NCBI GenBank assembly: GCA_049303795.1
Contig: JBAQNM010000006.1
Coordinates: 717-64,716, forward strand
Reading direction: 5' to 3'
Length of the DNA stretch: 64,000 nucleotides
Source of the DNA: Candidatus Moraniibacteriota bacterium
Lineage (GTDB): Bacteria > Patescibacteriota > Minisyncoccia > Moranbacterales > UBA2206
The notes under the pieces are model-generated. The model was not told the DNA's origin and made no database searches. It saw only the letters and a program-made list of their open reading frames with translations. Below are positions 28,464-37,475 of the stretch, piece after piece (within the stretch, counting starts at the first letter, position 1; each line of letters opens with the position of its first letter). Position numbers and translations under genes: made by a program.

Positions 28464-29210
28464 TCAGATTAAATTTTTAGAATATACTTTTGCTCCACTC
28501 CATGATAACTCATAAACTTGACGCATAGCATCTGCAATAACTCTACTTTCAATAATTATTGACATATTTTCCGTATAATTCATAAAAGCGACTTTGTTTT
28601 TGTATATATTTACTTCAATTTGAGGATTGAAAATTTCTTCAGAAACAATAATTGTTTCTGATAACTCTTTTTTATCTAAGAATTTATGCTTTGTATCCCA
28701 CAAAGATCCTTGTCCAGCAATACGACGCGCCTTAATGTTTAAGTTAGTACGTTTTTCAATGTAATTATAATCCCTAGGAAAACGTTCAAAAAAAGCATTA
28801 GTATTCCATTCTAAAATTTCTCCTGGCTTTTCCCTGAGGGTATCTTCGTAAATATTGTGAATCGCATTTTCTCCTTCAAAAAAAAGAATCTTAGGTTTAG
28901 TTTCATTTTTATTATAGATCGCTTCTAGCTGAGGTAGGTTTTTTTTAATTTCAGCTTGAACTTCTCCAGCTATGCTTAAAAGTTTCTCCGGAGGTTCAGC
29001 TACAAATTTAGTTTTATTTTTTATTATAGTTTTTCCTACAACTCCACGATTTACAAGGTAACCCAAAACAGAATAGGCAGTGGTTCGTTTTAGATTAGCT
29101 TTTTTAGCAATGTCTTGCGCAGAGGATGTGCCTAATTCTAAAGAAGCCAAATAAATTTTTGCTTCATTATGGGAAAAACCAAATTTTTCTAAAATGTGTT
29201 CTATTTTCAT
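28464..29210 (-). CDS. TrmB-like winged-helix transcriptional regulator, paralog 6 of 9
   Basis: N-terminal wHTH (EAKIYLASLELGTSSAQDIAKKANLKRTTAYSVLGYLVNRGVV). C-terminus ...MRQVYELSWSGAK. Confidence 0.6.
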   Translation of the reverse strand: MKIEHILEKFGFSHNEAKIYLASLELGTSSAQDIAKKANLKRTTAYSVLGYLVNRGVVGKTIIKNKTKFVAEPPEKLLSIAGEVQAEIKKNLPQLEAIYNKNETKPKILFFEGENAIHNIYEDTLREKPGEILEWNTNAFFERFPRDYNYIEKRTNLNIKARRIAGQGSLWDTKHKFLDKKELSETIIVSEEIFNPQIEVNIYKNKVAFMNYTENMSIIIESRVIADAMRQVYELSWSGAKVYSKNLI

Positions 29211-29223
29211 AATGCTAAATTAA

Positions 29224-29317
29224 ATGACGAATTATTTGTCGTCATTATATAAAAATAAAACTCAATTGTCAAGGATATCTCCATAGAAAGGATAATGTAT
29301 GCTCGTCATTATTGACG
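29224..29317. promoter_or_regulatory. Two palindromic candidate operators upstream of paralog 6: ATGACGA-attatttg-TCGTCAT (29224..29246) and CGTCA-ttat-TGACG (29304..29317)
   Basis: Inverted repeats read directly from the sequence. The second 14-mer is identical to one upstream of paralog 3 (19372..19385, opposite strand). Confidence 0.45.
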
Positions 29318-29431
29318 AAAAAAATTGACATTTTATATCTATTTTCCTATAATAGGCTATCAAATTAAAAATAATTTGAAGTATGTTGATATGTAAACTT
29401 GCTTGTAATTTTAAAAAGGAGGAATGGAGCT

Positions 29432-29716
29432 ATGATGAGCATCGAGATTCATGGGTTTACTTGGCTAGAGGCAAGAAAAGTAAGGGAAGGAGTTATTGAA
29501 ATTATTGGAAAAAGAGATATCTTCAAAAGAGACGTGTCTGTTTCTATAATGCCAAAAACAATATGGTGCAGTAGACCAATATTGAGACTGAGAGCGCCTT
29601 TCTTTAGAATATTTGTTCCACCTGAAATTATAGATGAGGGCAATGAAGTCTCATTGTTGCTTAAGACTGTATTCGCCAGGGATATACAGCTTATGATTTT
29701 AAGTCAGATTATATAA
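29432..29716 (+). CDS. Hypothetical protein (94 aa from the ATG after RBS AAAAAGGAGG), divergent from paralog 6
   Basis: Strong RBS. The ORF track begins at an upstream TTG (29399). Confidence 0.35.
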   Translation: MMSIEIHGFTWLEARKVREGVIEIIGKRDIFKRDVSVSIMPKTIWCSRPILRLRAPFFRIFVPPEIIDEGNEVSLLLKTVFARDIQLMILSQII

Positions 29717-29731
29717 AATAAAATCAAATAA

Positions 29732-29770
29732 AAATCCGCAGGAGAACATTTCCCTGCGGATTTATTTTTT
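29732..29770. terminator. Bidirectional terminator (AAATCCGCAGG-agaacatttc-CCTGCGGATTT flanked by A/T runs)
   Basis: 11-bp perfect stem between convergent genes 29432..29716(+) and rpsT(-). Confidence 0.7.
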
Positions 29771-29779
29771 TCATGAAGA

Positions 29780-30052
29780 CTATTTTTTCAACGCCAAGGC
29801 TTTTACTTGCTTATTCAAACGGGATTTTCTTCTGGCAATTGTATTTTTATGTAAAACTTTTTTTTGTCCAGCTTTATCCAAAGCCTTGATTGACTTCTTG
29901 AGAGATTCTTGAGCTTTAGCGATATCAACTTTAGCAATTGCTTCTTTAGTTGATTTTATTGCGCTTTTGAAAGCTCCCTTAATTTTGCGGTTTTTTTCGG
30001 TTTTTCGCTCCGTTACCCGCATATACTTTTTAGCTGCTTTTTTAATTGGCAT
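29780..30052 (-). CDS. rpsT: 30S ribosomal protein S20
   Basis: MPIKKAAKKYMRVTERKTEKNRKIKGAFKSAIK... is a typical S20 sequence (90 aa, basic). Confidence 0.9.
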   Translation of the reverse strand: MPIKKAAKKYMRVTERKTEKNRKIKGAFKSAIKSTKEAIAKVDIAKAQESLKKSIKALDKAGQKKVLHKNTIARRKSRLNKQVKALALKK

Positions 30053-30232
30053 AGTTTTTTAGAATTATTTATAACCTACTTGTCTATTCTTTTTAGCATA
30101 GCTTTATGATTTTGGCAAGTTGCTTGTTTTTAAACGCGTCGATTTTAAAAAGCTATCGGGCGAAGGATATAAAAAACGGCAGGAATTTAAATAAACTCCT
30201 ACCGCAATCATTCTGTTGAAATTCACTTCTTT

Positions 30233-30727
30233 TTATAGCCAGCCTACGAGCTTCCAATTTTCCCCCGATGTTTGTGTTGGAGCCTTTTTTTGCCCCACTT
30301 GCATGGAAGCCTTTATCGCAGTCACGAATTCATCGTGACTAGCATTAACCCCAATCCAAGCGGTTACGCCTATCCGCTGATACGTACCAGAGTAGCATTG
30401 ATGATCTATGATAATAATTGGCACATTTTGGTACGCCTTTAAGGTGCGTATCATTTCAACGGTATCTTCCGTATTGATCCGCATATTATCACTTGAGCCT
30501 CTATATCCGGACATAATTATAAGATCAAAGGTATTTCTGTGGCTCAAGCTTGCTAAGCATTGCATCGCAATGTCAACGCCTGACATAGCCTGAACATAGT
30601 CATACATCTTCAAACTGCTCTCGTTATCCAACAAAAAGACATCATTCAAGACCCTGAACATATTGGACTCTACCACGCTTAAAGGCTCGCCAATAAGTAT
30701 GCGCGGTCTCCTTTCAAATTCTTTCAT
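30233..30727 (-). CDS. Hypothetical protein (possibly receiver-domain-like fold), in a GC-rich patch
   Basis: 164 aa. The alternating hydrophobic beta-strand pattern (RILIGEP...DLIIMSG...VPIIII) is reminiscent of CheY-like folds. Local GC is much higher than the flanks. Confidence 0.3.
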   Translation of the reverse strand: MKEFERRPRILIGEPLSVVESNMFRVLNDVFLLDNESSLKMYDYVQAMSGVDIAMQCLASLSHRNTFDLIIMSGYRGSSDNMRINTEDTVEMIRTLKAYQNVPIIIIDHQCYSGTYQRIGVTAWIGVNASHDEFVTAIKASMQVGQKKAPTQTSGENWKLVGWL

Positions 30728-30996
30728 TTGATCTTCCTCCTTTTATTCGTGACAATCTTTTTTGAATTCAGTCGATCAAGTGCAGTAAATATTTTTGCCG
30801 ACTCTTTGGTAACAATAGTTGTAATTCTTTTTATCAATGCCTTCTTGGATTTTTTAACTGAAGAAAATCTTCCAAGGGCTTCATATATCATTCTGCCTCC
30901 ATAGTGATTAGTAAAAATCACTGCTTCTAATCGTTCAACATTCACGACCAACTCATACTGACCGACTTGCGCCCTATAATATTCCGGGTCTCTCAT
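30724..30996 (-). CDS. Hypothetical protein (90 aa), translationally coupled (ATGA overlap) to 30233..30727
   Basis: ORF only. Confidence 0.3.
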   Translation of the reverse strand: MRDPEYYRAQVGQYELVVNVERLEAVIFTNHYGGRMIYEALGRFSSVKKSKKALIKRITTIVTKESAKIFTALDRLNSKKIVTNKRRKIK

Positions 30997-31174
30997 GATA
31001 TGATCCCAGCCATCTTTATCACTGAATACCTGTATAATCCTTCTCCTTTGCTGTTATTATAGATATTAAAAAATAAATTGTTAAACAACCCGCCATTGAC
31101 TCGTTAAGTCTGACCATGTATTCAAGCACATTTAATCGAAAAAGTCAATTTAATGTATGAGTTCCAAAATTTTT

Positions 31175-31618
31175 TTATTCACCTAGAGCAATCTTTCTCT
31201 CCTTTTCATTTAACCATTCAAAATTAATCCAAATTGCTCGAGCGGGAATTACTTTTTTTATCTTATCAGCCCATTCTATAATAGATATGTTTTTCTTATC
31301 AATCATTATTTCTTCCCAGCCAAGATTTAGAAAATCAATTTCTTCAACGCGATAAGCATCAAAATGATATACTTTTTCAATCCTAGCCTTCTTCGCATTA
31401 AATCTTTTTAGTATATATTCTTTCATCACAATGAAAGTTGGGCTTGTGTAGGGCTTTTCAGCACCCAATTCTTCCAATAGTCCTTGCGTGAAAGTTGTCT
31501 TGCCAGCACCAAGTTCACCAGAAAGGCAAATAATCTCTCCTCCATCCAATTCCCTAGCTAAAAGTTTGCCCAAATTTTGCGTTTCTCTTGATTTTTTAGT
31601 AATGAATATTTTTTGCAT
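31175..31618 (-). CDS. tsaE: tRNA threonylcarbamoyladenosine biosynthesis protein TsaE (YjeE)
   Basis: P-loop LSGELGAGKTTFTQG and about 147 aa are typical of TsaE. Confidence 0.75.
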   Translation of the reverse strand: MQKIFITKKSRETQNLGKLLARELDGGEIICLSGELGAGKTTFTQGLLEELGAEKPYTSPTFIVMKEYILKRFNAKKARIEKVYHFDAYRVEEIDFLNLGWEEIMIDKKNISIIEWADKIKKVIPARAIWINFEWLNEKERKIALGE

Positions 31619-31704
31619 ATTTCTATTTTAACCTAATTTGACATAAATTCCAATACTTGCTATTTTATACTATCAATCTAAAAAAACCAACTATTTGTTA
31701 TTCT

Positions 31705-32835
31705 ATGAGCCTATTGCCACAAGAACAACTGCATAAATTCATTGATAGCTCAAAAGAGATTATTATTTTTATTCCTGAAAATCCCAGCTTCGATGCTATC
31801 GGAAGTGCGTGGGCGCTGTCTATTTTTTTGAGCAAAAAAAATATTAAAACAACCATTGTTTCTCCGGATCAAGATGAAAATAAAGTTGCCTTTCTTCCTA
31901 GGCCAGAAAATGTCATTTCCACTATTTCTGGAGCAAGAGAGTTTGTTCTATCTTTTAATACTACTAGAAATAAAATTACCGGCTTGCGCCAAGAAACAGT
32001 TGGCGATTTTTTTAATGTCTATCTTACTCCTGAAAAGGGTTCGATTGATCCACGTGATTTTTCATTTATTCTCGCCAAATTTAAATATGACCTAATTATT
32101 GTTCTTGATAGTCCGGACTTGGAAAATTTAGGAAAGGTATATATTAATAATTCTGATCTTTTTTTTGAAGTACCAATTGTCAACATTGATCACCGTAGTA
32201 ATAATGAAAATTTTGGTCAAATAAATTTAGTTGATTCAAAGGCATCATCCTGCGCTGAAATTCTAAAAACTGCTTTGGAAAATATAGACAGCAATATTCT
32301 TGATGAGGGCATTGCCACTTGCCTTTTGACCGGAATTATAGGAGCGACTAATAATTTTCAAAGAAAAAACACCACTCCAAAAGCTCTTCTAAATGCAGCT
32401 GAATTGATGGATAAAGGAGCTGATCAACAAGGCATTATTCGTTTTATGTATAAAACACAACCATTAAATATTCTCAAATTACTTGGTCGCGTCATGAGCA
32501 AATTAAATTGGGAGGAAAAACATAAACTAGCCTGGACAACACTGTCGATTGAAGATTTTGTTCAAAGTCGCTCCACTTCAGAGAATTTACCCATAATTTT
32601 AGAAAAACTTCAAGAAAACTATACTGACGGACAAATTTTTATGATCATCTATAATGATAAGCCGGAAAGTTCTGTAGCAATTATCAAAACGACCAGTCTT
32701 GAGATTTCACAAAAAATAGCTTTGAATTTTGGCGCCTTACACAAGCAAGATTTATTAGAAATCAAATGCGCTCAAGGTGATTTAAATCTTGCCACAAGAC
32801 TTATTCTTGAAAAATTAGACAACATCCTACTCTAA
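31705..32835 (+). CDS. DHH/DHHA1-family phosphoesterase (NrnA-like) with partly degenerate catalytic motifs
   Basis: NPSFDAIGSAWAL corresponds to the NrnA motif NPDGDAIGS. NIDHRSNNENFGQINLVD corresponds to DHHxxxxFGD with DHH replaced by DHR. C-terminal DHHA1-like region. Confidence 0.5.
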   Translation: MSLLPQEQLHKFIDSSKEIIIFIPENPSFDAIGSAWALSIFLSKKNIKTTIVSPDQDENKVAFLPRPENVISTISGAREFVLSFNTTRNKITGLRQETVGDFFNVYLTPEKGSIDPRDFSFILAKFKYDLIIVLDSPDLENLGKVYINNSDLFFEVPIVNIDHRSNNENFGQINLVDSKASSCAEILKTALENIDSNILDEGIATCLLTGIIGATNNFQRKNTTPKALLNAAELMDKGADQQGIIRFMYKTQPLNILKLLGRVMSKLNWEEKHKLAWTTLSIEDFVQSRSTSENLPIILEKLQENYTDGQIFMIIYNDKPESSVAIIKTTSLEISQKIALNFGALHKQDLLEIKCAQGDLNLATRLILEKLDNILL

Positions 32836-32865
32836 TTCTCTTACATATTTAATATTCTTTTTTAA

Positions 32866-32892
32866 AAACCCTTAAAAATAGGGTTTTTATTT
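32866..32892 (+). terminator. Terminator hairpin AAAAACCCTtaaaaatAGGGTTTTTATTTTTT downstream of the NrnA-like gene
   Basis: Stem ACCCT/AGGGT followed by a T-run. Confidence 0.55.
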
Positions 32893-32917
32893 TTTAGTTT
32901 TCGTTTTTCATGCTAGA

Positions 32918-35900
32918 ATGAATTTAAGTAAACTATTTATTGAAAACAAAATTATGATAAAAATTACAAAAAAAGCTACTGGGGATAATGCTTCGAAAAA
33001 AGCTGTTTCTGAAAAACTCGTTTCGACCATGCGCCACAAGTCCGAGGAAGAAGAAGCGTCACGTTTTGCTGCCACACTTAATCTCCCCTATATTGATACC
33101 AATATCGTCCCGGTTTCTTTGGATAATTTAAAACTCATCGAGGAAGAAGATGCAAGAAGATTAAGCGTCGCTATTATTCAAAAAATAGGACGCATTATTA
33201 CCATAGTCTCAACGGATCCATCCAAAACAGAAACTAAAGAATTTATAAACAAATTTTGTAAAGAATTTGGGCTTGAAGCTAAGATTTTCGTTGTTTCACA
33301 TTATAATTTTGAAAAAATTCTAGAAAAATATAAAAAAATTGTTTTTACAGAAATTCTTGATCAACTCAGCCTAAATATCAACGACCGTTATGCCTCCAAT
33401 TTTGAAAAATCCCTTAGAGATTTAGTTATGTTAAAAGAAAGAATCAAAGAACTTCCTGTTACTCAAGTTCTTGGTATTATTATGGCCGGAGCAACTGAAC
33501 TCGGCGCATCTGATGTCCATTTTGAACCAGAAGAAAATGACTTTCGCTTACGTTATCGTGTGGATGGAGTTTTGCAAGATGTAGCTTTTTTTCCTATTAA
33601 TGTCTACAGGAGCATCATATCAAGAATAAAAATGATGGCTGGTATGAAATTAAACTTAAATGATATTGCTCAAGATGGAACTTTTGCTATAAATATTGGC
33701 GATAAAAAAATTGATACTCGCGTATCTTCTATTCCCGGGAATTATGGAGAATCACTTGTGATTAGAATGCTTGACCCTGCTGCTGCGCATGTTGATATTG
33801 AAGTTTTGGGTCTCCAAGGATTGGCATATGAAACAATTCAAAAACAAATCCAAGCCCCTAACGGAATGATTCTCACAACTGGACCAACCGGTAGTGGAAA
33901 AACGACCACTCTTTATTCCATCATCAACAAACTCAATACGCCAGACAAAAAAATTATCACCATTGAAGATCCAATCGAATATCAATTAAAGGGAATATCT
34001 CAAACTCAAATTGAAAAAGATCGCGGCTACACTTTTGCTAATGGACTTCGTGCTATTGTTCGTCAAGATCCTAACATAATTCTTGTTGGTGAAATTCGTG
34101 ATGATGAAACAGCTGATATTGCAATCAATTCAGCACTTACCGGCCATCTTGTATTATCCACTTTTCACACTAACAGCGCCATTGCTTCCGTTCCTCGTTT
34201 AATTGAAATGGGAGTAAAGCCTTCTTTTATTGCCCCTGCCGTTAACGCTATTATTGCTCAACGTCTAGTGAGAAAATTATGTTCCTGCAAAGAAGAATAC
34301 TTTCCTGCCAAAGAAACAATTGACTCACTTAAAAAAATTCTTTCCATTATTTCGCCTCGCGCTAAAGTGGAAATTCCCAAAGATATCACCAAGCTTTATC
34401 GACCAAAGGGCTGTCTTAAATGTAATAATACTGGATACAAAGGTCGTATTGGTATTTTTGAAGTGTTCACAATCAGTCCCGAAACAGAAAAACTGATTAT
34501 GGACTTGGCCGGAGAAACTGAAATCACCATGTCAGTTTTAGAAGAAGGTATGGTCACAATGCTTCAAGATGGCATTCTAAAAGCAATTAGTGGAATAACT
34601 TCTATTGATGAAGTGAAAAAAGAAACTGGACAAGGAGAATTTTTGGAAAATATATATGAAAAATTAATGTCACAATTACTTGGAAGCACACTAACTATCA
34701 AAAAAGACTTCTATGAAAAAGCGCTGGAAAATATTGATGACTTTTCTAAACTGCAAACATTATTTTCTGAAACCAAGATTATTGATATTATAAAAATTAT
34801 TTTTTCTGCTGCTCAAATTTTGGGTGTTGGCGATGTCCATATTGAACCAGAAAAAAATGATGTCAAAATTCGCTTCCGAGTTGATGGAATCTTACAAACA
34901 ATCGCTGTCATCCCCCTCACTGAATACACTACTTTCATAGGACAAATTAAACTCTTAAGTGGAGTGAAGACTGAGGTGCGCCAAGGCGTAATTGATGGTC
35001 GTTTCAGTGTTGTTTTCGATGATGAAATAGAAAGTTTAAAAGAAAAAACAGTTGATATTCGCGTCTCTATTATTCTTGGTGGATATGGAGAAACGATTGT
35101 AATGCGTTTGCTTAGTAAATCAACCGTTGAATTAAATCTGGATAAACTAGGAATCAGAAAGCAAAATCTGGATAGAATAAAACATGAAATTTCTAAGCCA
35201 AATGGGGTTGTGCTTAATACTGGACCAACTGGTAGTGGAAAAACGACAACGCTTTATGCTATTTTAAATTATGTCAACAACCCAAAGATAAAAATCATTA
35301 CTGTTGAAGATCCGATTGAATATCAAATGGAAGGCATCTTGCAAACACCAATCAATGAAAAAGAAGGCTACACCTTTTCTACAGCTCTACGATCACTACT
35401 CAGACAAAATCCTGACATTATGATGATCGGTGAAATTCGTGATGATGAAACCGCCCAAGTTGCAGTGCAAGCTGCGCTGACCGGCCATCTCGTGCTTTCC
35501 ACTATTCACACCAATGACGCCGCCGGAACAGTTACTCGTATAATTAATATGGGAGTTAACCCTCAAGATGTAACATCCGCTGTCAATGCCTTTATTGCTC
35601 AGCGTTTAGTTCGCAAACTCTGCACCTGCAAAACTAAAATCACCCCAACTGAAGAAGAAAAACAAAAAATTGAAGGTGTCCTAAAAACAATCAGTTCAAA
35701 CGCTAAAGTAGAAATTCCTAAAACTGATGAAATATACAAACCAAATGGCTGTGAAAAATGTAACCATCTTGGTTATAAAGGTCGCACAACTATCAGCGAG
35801 GTTTTTGTCTTGTCGCGAGAAATTCAAGCAGAAATTATGCGCGGAGCAATTACATCAGAATTAAAAGACAAAGCCATTGAAGAAGGTATGATTTCAATGA

Positions 35901-35974
35901 CTCAAGATGGAGTTTTGAAAGTTTTGGAAGGTGAGACGACTTTAGAAGAGGTGGAGAGGGTTACGGATCTTTAG
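32918..35974 (+). CDS. Tandem (duplicated) GspE/PilB-family type II secretion / type IV pilus assembly ATPase in one 1018-aa polypeptide
   Basis: N-terminal GspE-N-like domain. Two complete ATPase cores, each with Walker A GPTGSGKTTTLY (about residues 325 and 770), Asp box IITIEDPIEYQ / IITVEDPIEYQ, Walker B ILVGEIRD / MMIGEIRD, His box LVLSTFHTN / LVLSTIHTN and a tetracysteine CxC...CxxC motif. Confidence 0.85.
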   Translation: MNLSKLFIENKIMIKITKKATGDNASKKAVSEKLVSTMRHKSEEEEASRFAATLNLPYIDTNIVPVSLDNLKLIEEEDARRLSVAIIQKIGRIITIVSTDPSKTETKEFINKFCKEFGLEAKIFVVSHYNFEKILEKYKKIVFTEILDQLSLNINDRYASNFEKSLRDLVMLKERIKELPVTQVLGIIMAGATELGASDVHFEPEENDFRLRYRVDGVLQDVAFFPINVYRSIISRIKMMAGMKLNLNDIAQDGTFAINIGDKKIDTRVSSIPGNYGESLVIRMLDPAAAHVDIEVLGLQGLAYETIQKQIQAPNGMILTTGPTGSGKTTTLYSIINKLNTPDKKIITIEDPIEYQLKGISQTQIEKDRGYTFANGLRAIVRQDPNIILVGEIRDDETADIAINSALTGHLVLSTFHTNSAIASVPRLIEMGVKPSFIAPAVNAIIAQRLVRKLCSCKEEYFPAKETIDSLKKILSIISPRAKVEIPKDITKLYRPKGCLKCNNTGYKGRIGIFEVFTISPETEKLIMDLAGETEITMSVLEEGMVTMLQDGILKAISGITSIDEVKKETGQGEFLENIYEKLMSQLLGSTLTIKKDFYEKALENIDDFSKLQTLFSETKIIDIIKIIFSAAQILGVGDVHIEPEKNDVKIRFRVDGILQTIAVIPLTEYTTFIGQIKLLSGVKTEVRQGVIDGRFSVVFDDEIESLKEKTVDIRVSIILGGYGETIVMRLLSKSTVELNLDKLGIRKQNLDRIKHEISKPNGVVLNTGPTGSGKTTTLYAILNYVNNPKIKIITVEDPIEYQMEGILQTPINEKEGYTFSTALRSLLRQNPDIMMIGEIRDDETAQVAVQAALTGHLVLSTIHTNDAAGTVTRIINMGVNPQDVTSAVNAFIAQRLVRKLCTCKTKITPTEEEKQKIEGVLKTISSNAKVEIPKTDEIYKPNGCEKCNHLGYKGRTTISEVFVLSREIQAEIMRGAITSELKDKAIEEGMISMTQDGVLKVLEGETTLEEVERVTDL

Positions 35975-36024
35975 TCTGAACCACTGATTCGCACTGATTA
36001 ACACATGAACACACTTGAATTTTT

Positions 36025-36411
36025 ATGAACGACTATATTAACAATAAATATTATAAACCAGACGTCACTGCTAAAATTATCGGTTGCGCACATAAAGTCC
36101 ATCGTTTTTTAGGTAACGGATTTCAAGAAGTAATTTACCAAAGAGCTCTGGAAATTGAATTTGGAAAAGAAGACTTGAAATTCGAAAGAGAAAAAGAAAT
36201 GGATACATACTATGAAGATAATCTTATTAGAAATAGAAGGGTAGACTTTTTAGTTGATCAAGATATTATGGTTGAATTGAAAGCTATTACAAAATTAGAA
36301 GATGTTAATATTGCTCAACTTATAAATTATATCGAGGCTTATAAAGTAAGAATTGGACTTCTTATAAATTTTGGAGCAAAAAGTTTAGAAGTGAAAAGAT
36401 ATATAAAGTAA
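36025..36411 (+). CDS. GxxExxY-family protein (PD-(D/E)xK nuclease-like)
   Basis: IIGCAHKVHRFLGNGFQEVIYQRALEIEF...VDFLVDQDIMVELKAITKLEDVNIAQLINYIEAYKVRIGLLINFG matches the GxxExxY family signature. Confidence 0.7.
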   Translation: MNDYINNKYYKPDVTAKIIGCAHKVHRFLGNGFQEVIYQRALEIEFGKEDLKFEREKEMDTYYEDNLIRNRRVDFLVDQDIMVELKAITKLEDVNIAQLINYIEAYKVRIGLLINFGAKSLEVKRYIK

Positions 36412-36420
36412 TTAAAATTT

Positions 36421-36466
36421 CAGTGTAATCAGGATAATCATGTGCTAATCATATGGTTCAGACAAT
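36421..36466. repeat. Left copy of imperfect direct repeats (CAGTG..GATAATCAtGTG..GGTTCAGACA) flanking a high-GC islet
   Basis: Matches 37846..37871 (CAGTGATAATCACGTGGTTCAGACA). The left copy carries extra short internal duplications (taatca). Confidence 0.5.
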
Positions 36467-36500
36467 TAAAAAAGGCTTTCCCATTCGGGTTAGCCCTTTT
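36467..36500. terminator. Bidirectional terminator hairpin AAAAAGGCTTTCCCATTCGGGTTAGCCCTTTTTT. A near-identical copy lies at 59605..59640.
   Basis: Stem GGGCT/AGCCC with an internal CCC/GGG and T-runs on both sides. Confidence 0.6.
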
Positions 36501-36527
36501 TTGTCAGGTCCTCAATCCTGATCTTAT

Positions 36528-36902
36528 TTATTTTTTAAGGATTCTATATTGCCGACCGCCTATGTTAATATCGTAATCAGCGTCATCGGGAATTTGGATT
36601 TCCATTCCTGTAGTGGTCCATTTTATTTCCTTCAGCACCCAGCTACTCAGGAAACCCTCGTAACAATTCCTGCCCGATAAATTCCGTAAACCTTTTATGA
36701 ATATTATCTGTTTTTCATAATCCATAGAGGCCTCGTCACATACGACAACCAAGACAGGGTCATCAAGAAACATTACTGAACGAGAGATGGTAACAATTAT
36801 TCCCACATCTATTTCATCTATCGTTATCCGCGAGCCATTATCACAGCCCGCAAAACCCAGACCAAGAACAACAATCATCAGCATCAGCGTTATTTTTTTC
36901 AT
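36528..36902 (-). CDS. Putative lipoprotein (lipobox LGLGFAGC), first listed gene of the high-GC islet operon
   Basis: Start placed at the internal MKKITLMLMIVVLGLGFAGCDNG. The ORF track extends further 5'. Local GC is well above that of the surroundings. Confidence 0.4.
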   Translation of the reverse strand: MKKITLMLMIVVLGLGFAGCDNGSRITIDEIDVGIIVTISRSVMFLDDPVLVVVCDEASMDYEKQIIFIKGLRNLSGRNCYEGFLSSWVLKEIKWTTTGMEIQIPDDADYDINIGGRQYRILKK

Positions 36903-37234
36903 TTCCATCCCCTTTCTTTGTTTTCCCTGGCCTTCATCACGGCCAGCGAGATTAGGGCTCCCACAAGAAAAATCGTAGGGCCAATATAGACGACGTCTTT
37001 TGCCGATTGAATTATATCGTTTTTTTGCAACGCAATCCATATCGGCGCGTTGCCGATTCCTAATCCAATGGCAACAATAGAAAGTATCAGTACTGCTTTT
37101 TCTGTGGGCTCACTCCGTAATGTAAACGGAAAAAACACTCCCACAAAAAAGAACAATGGCCAGGAAAAATATGAGAAAAAACTCCCAATTGCCCCAACCA
37201 GCATCATTCCCAGAAAATAACCAGCGATACGCAT
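36899..37234 (-). CDS. Hypothetical membrane protein (111 aa) in the high-GC islet
   Basis: Three hydrophobic helices. ATGA overlap with the downstream lipoprotein gene. Confidence 0.4.
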   Translation of the reverse strand: MRIAGYFLGMMLVGAIGSFFSYFSWPLFFFVGVFFPFTLRSEPTEKAVLILSIVAIGLGIGNAPIWIALQKNDIIQSAKDVVYIGPTIFLVGALISLAVMKARENKERGWK

Positions 37235-37252
37235 TGCTTCCTCCTCCGCTCT

Positions 37253-37438
37253 TCAAAAATTTATTTTACATGCGACGAACCCCGTCACAATCAAAATCAA
37301 TTCGTGGGAAAGCTTTCCTGCTGTTGAAACATTCTCGATGGCCGTCTGAAATCCTGATGCATAATCGATCAGATAAACGATCATGCAACCAAACACCACA
37401 ATTCCCATCTTAACTGCTATCCTCGGATAGTCTATCAT
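37253..37438 (-). CDS. Hypothetical small membrane protein (61 aa) in the high-GC islet
   Basis: Two hydrophobic helices. Operon context. Confidence 0.3.
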   Translation of the reverse strand: MIDYPRIAVKMGIVVFGCMIVYLIDYASGFQTAIENVSTAGKLSHELILIVTGFVACKINF

Positions 37439-37475
37439 AGCATCCTCCCCCTTTTATCAGAAAAATTGTTTTTCA

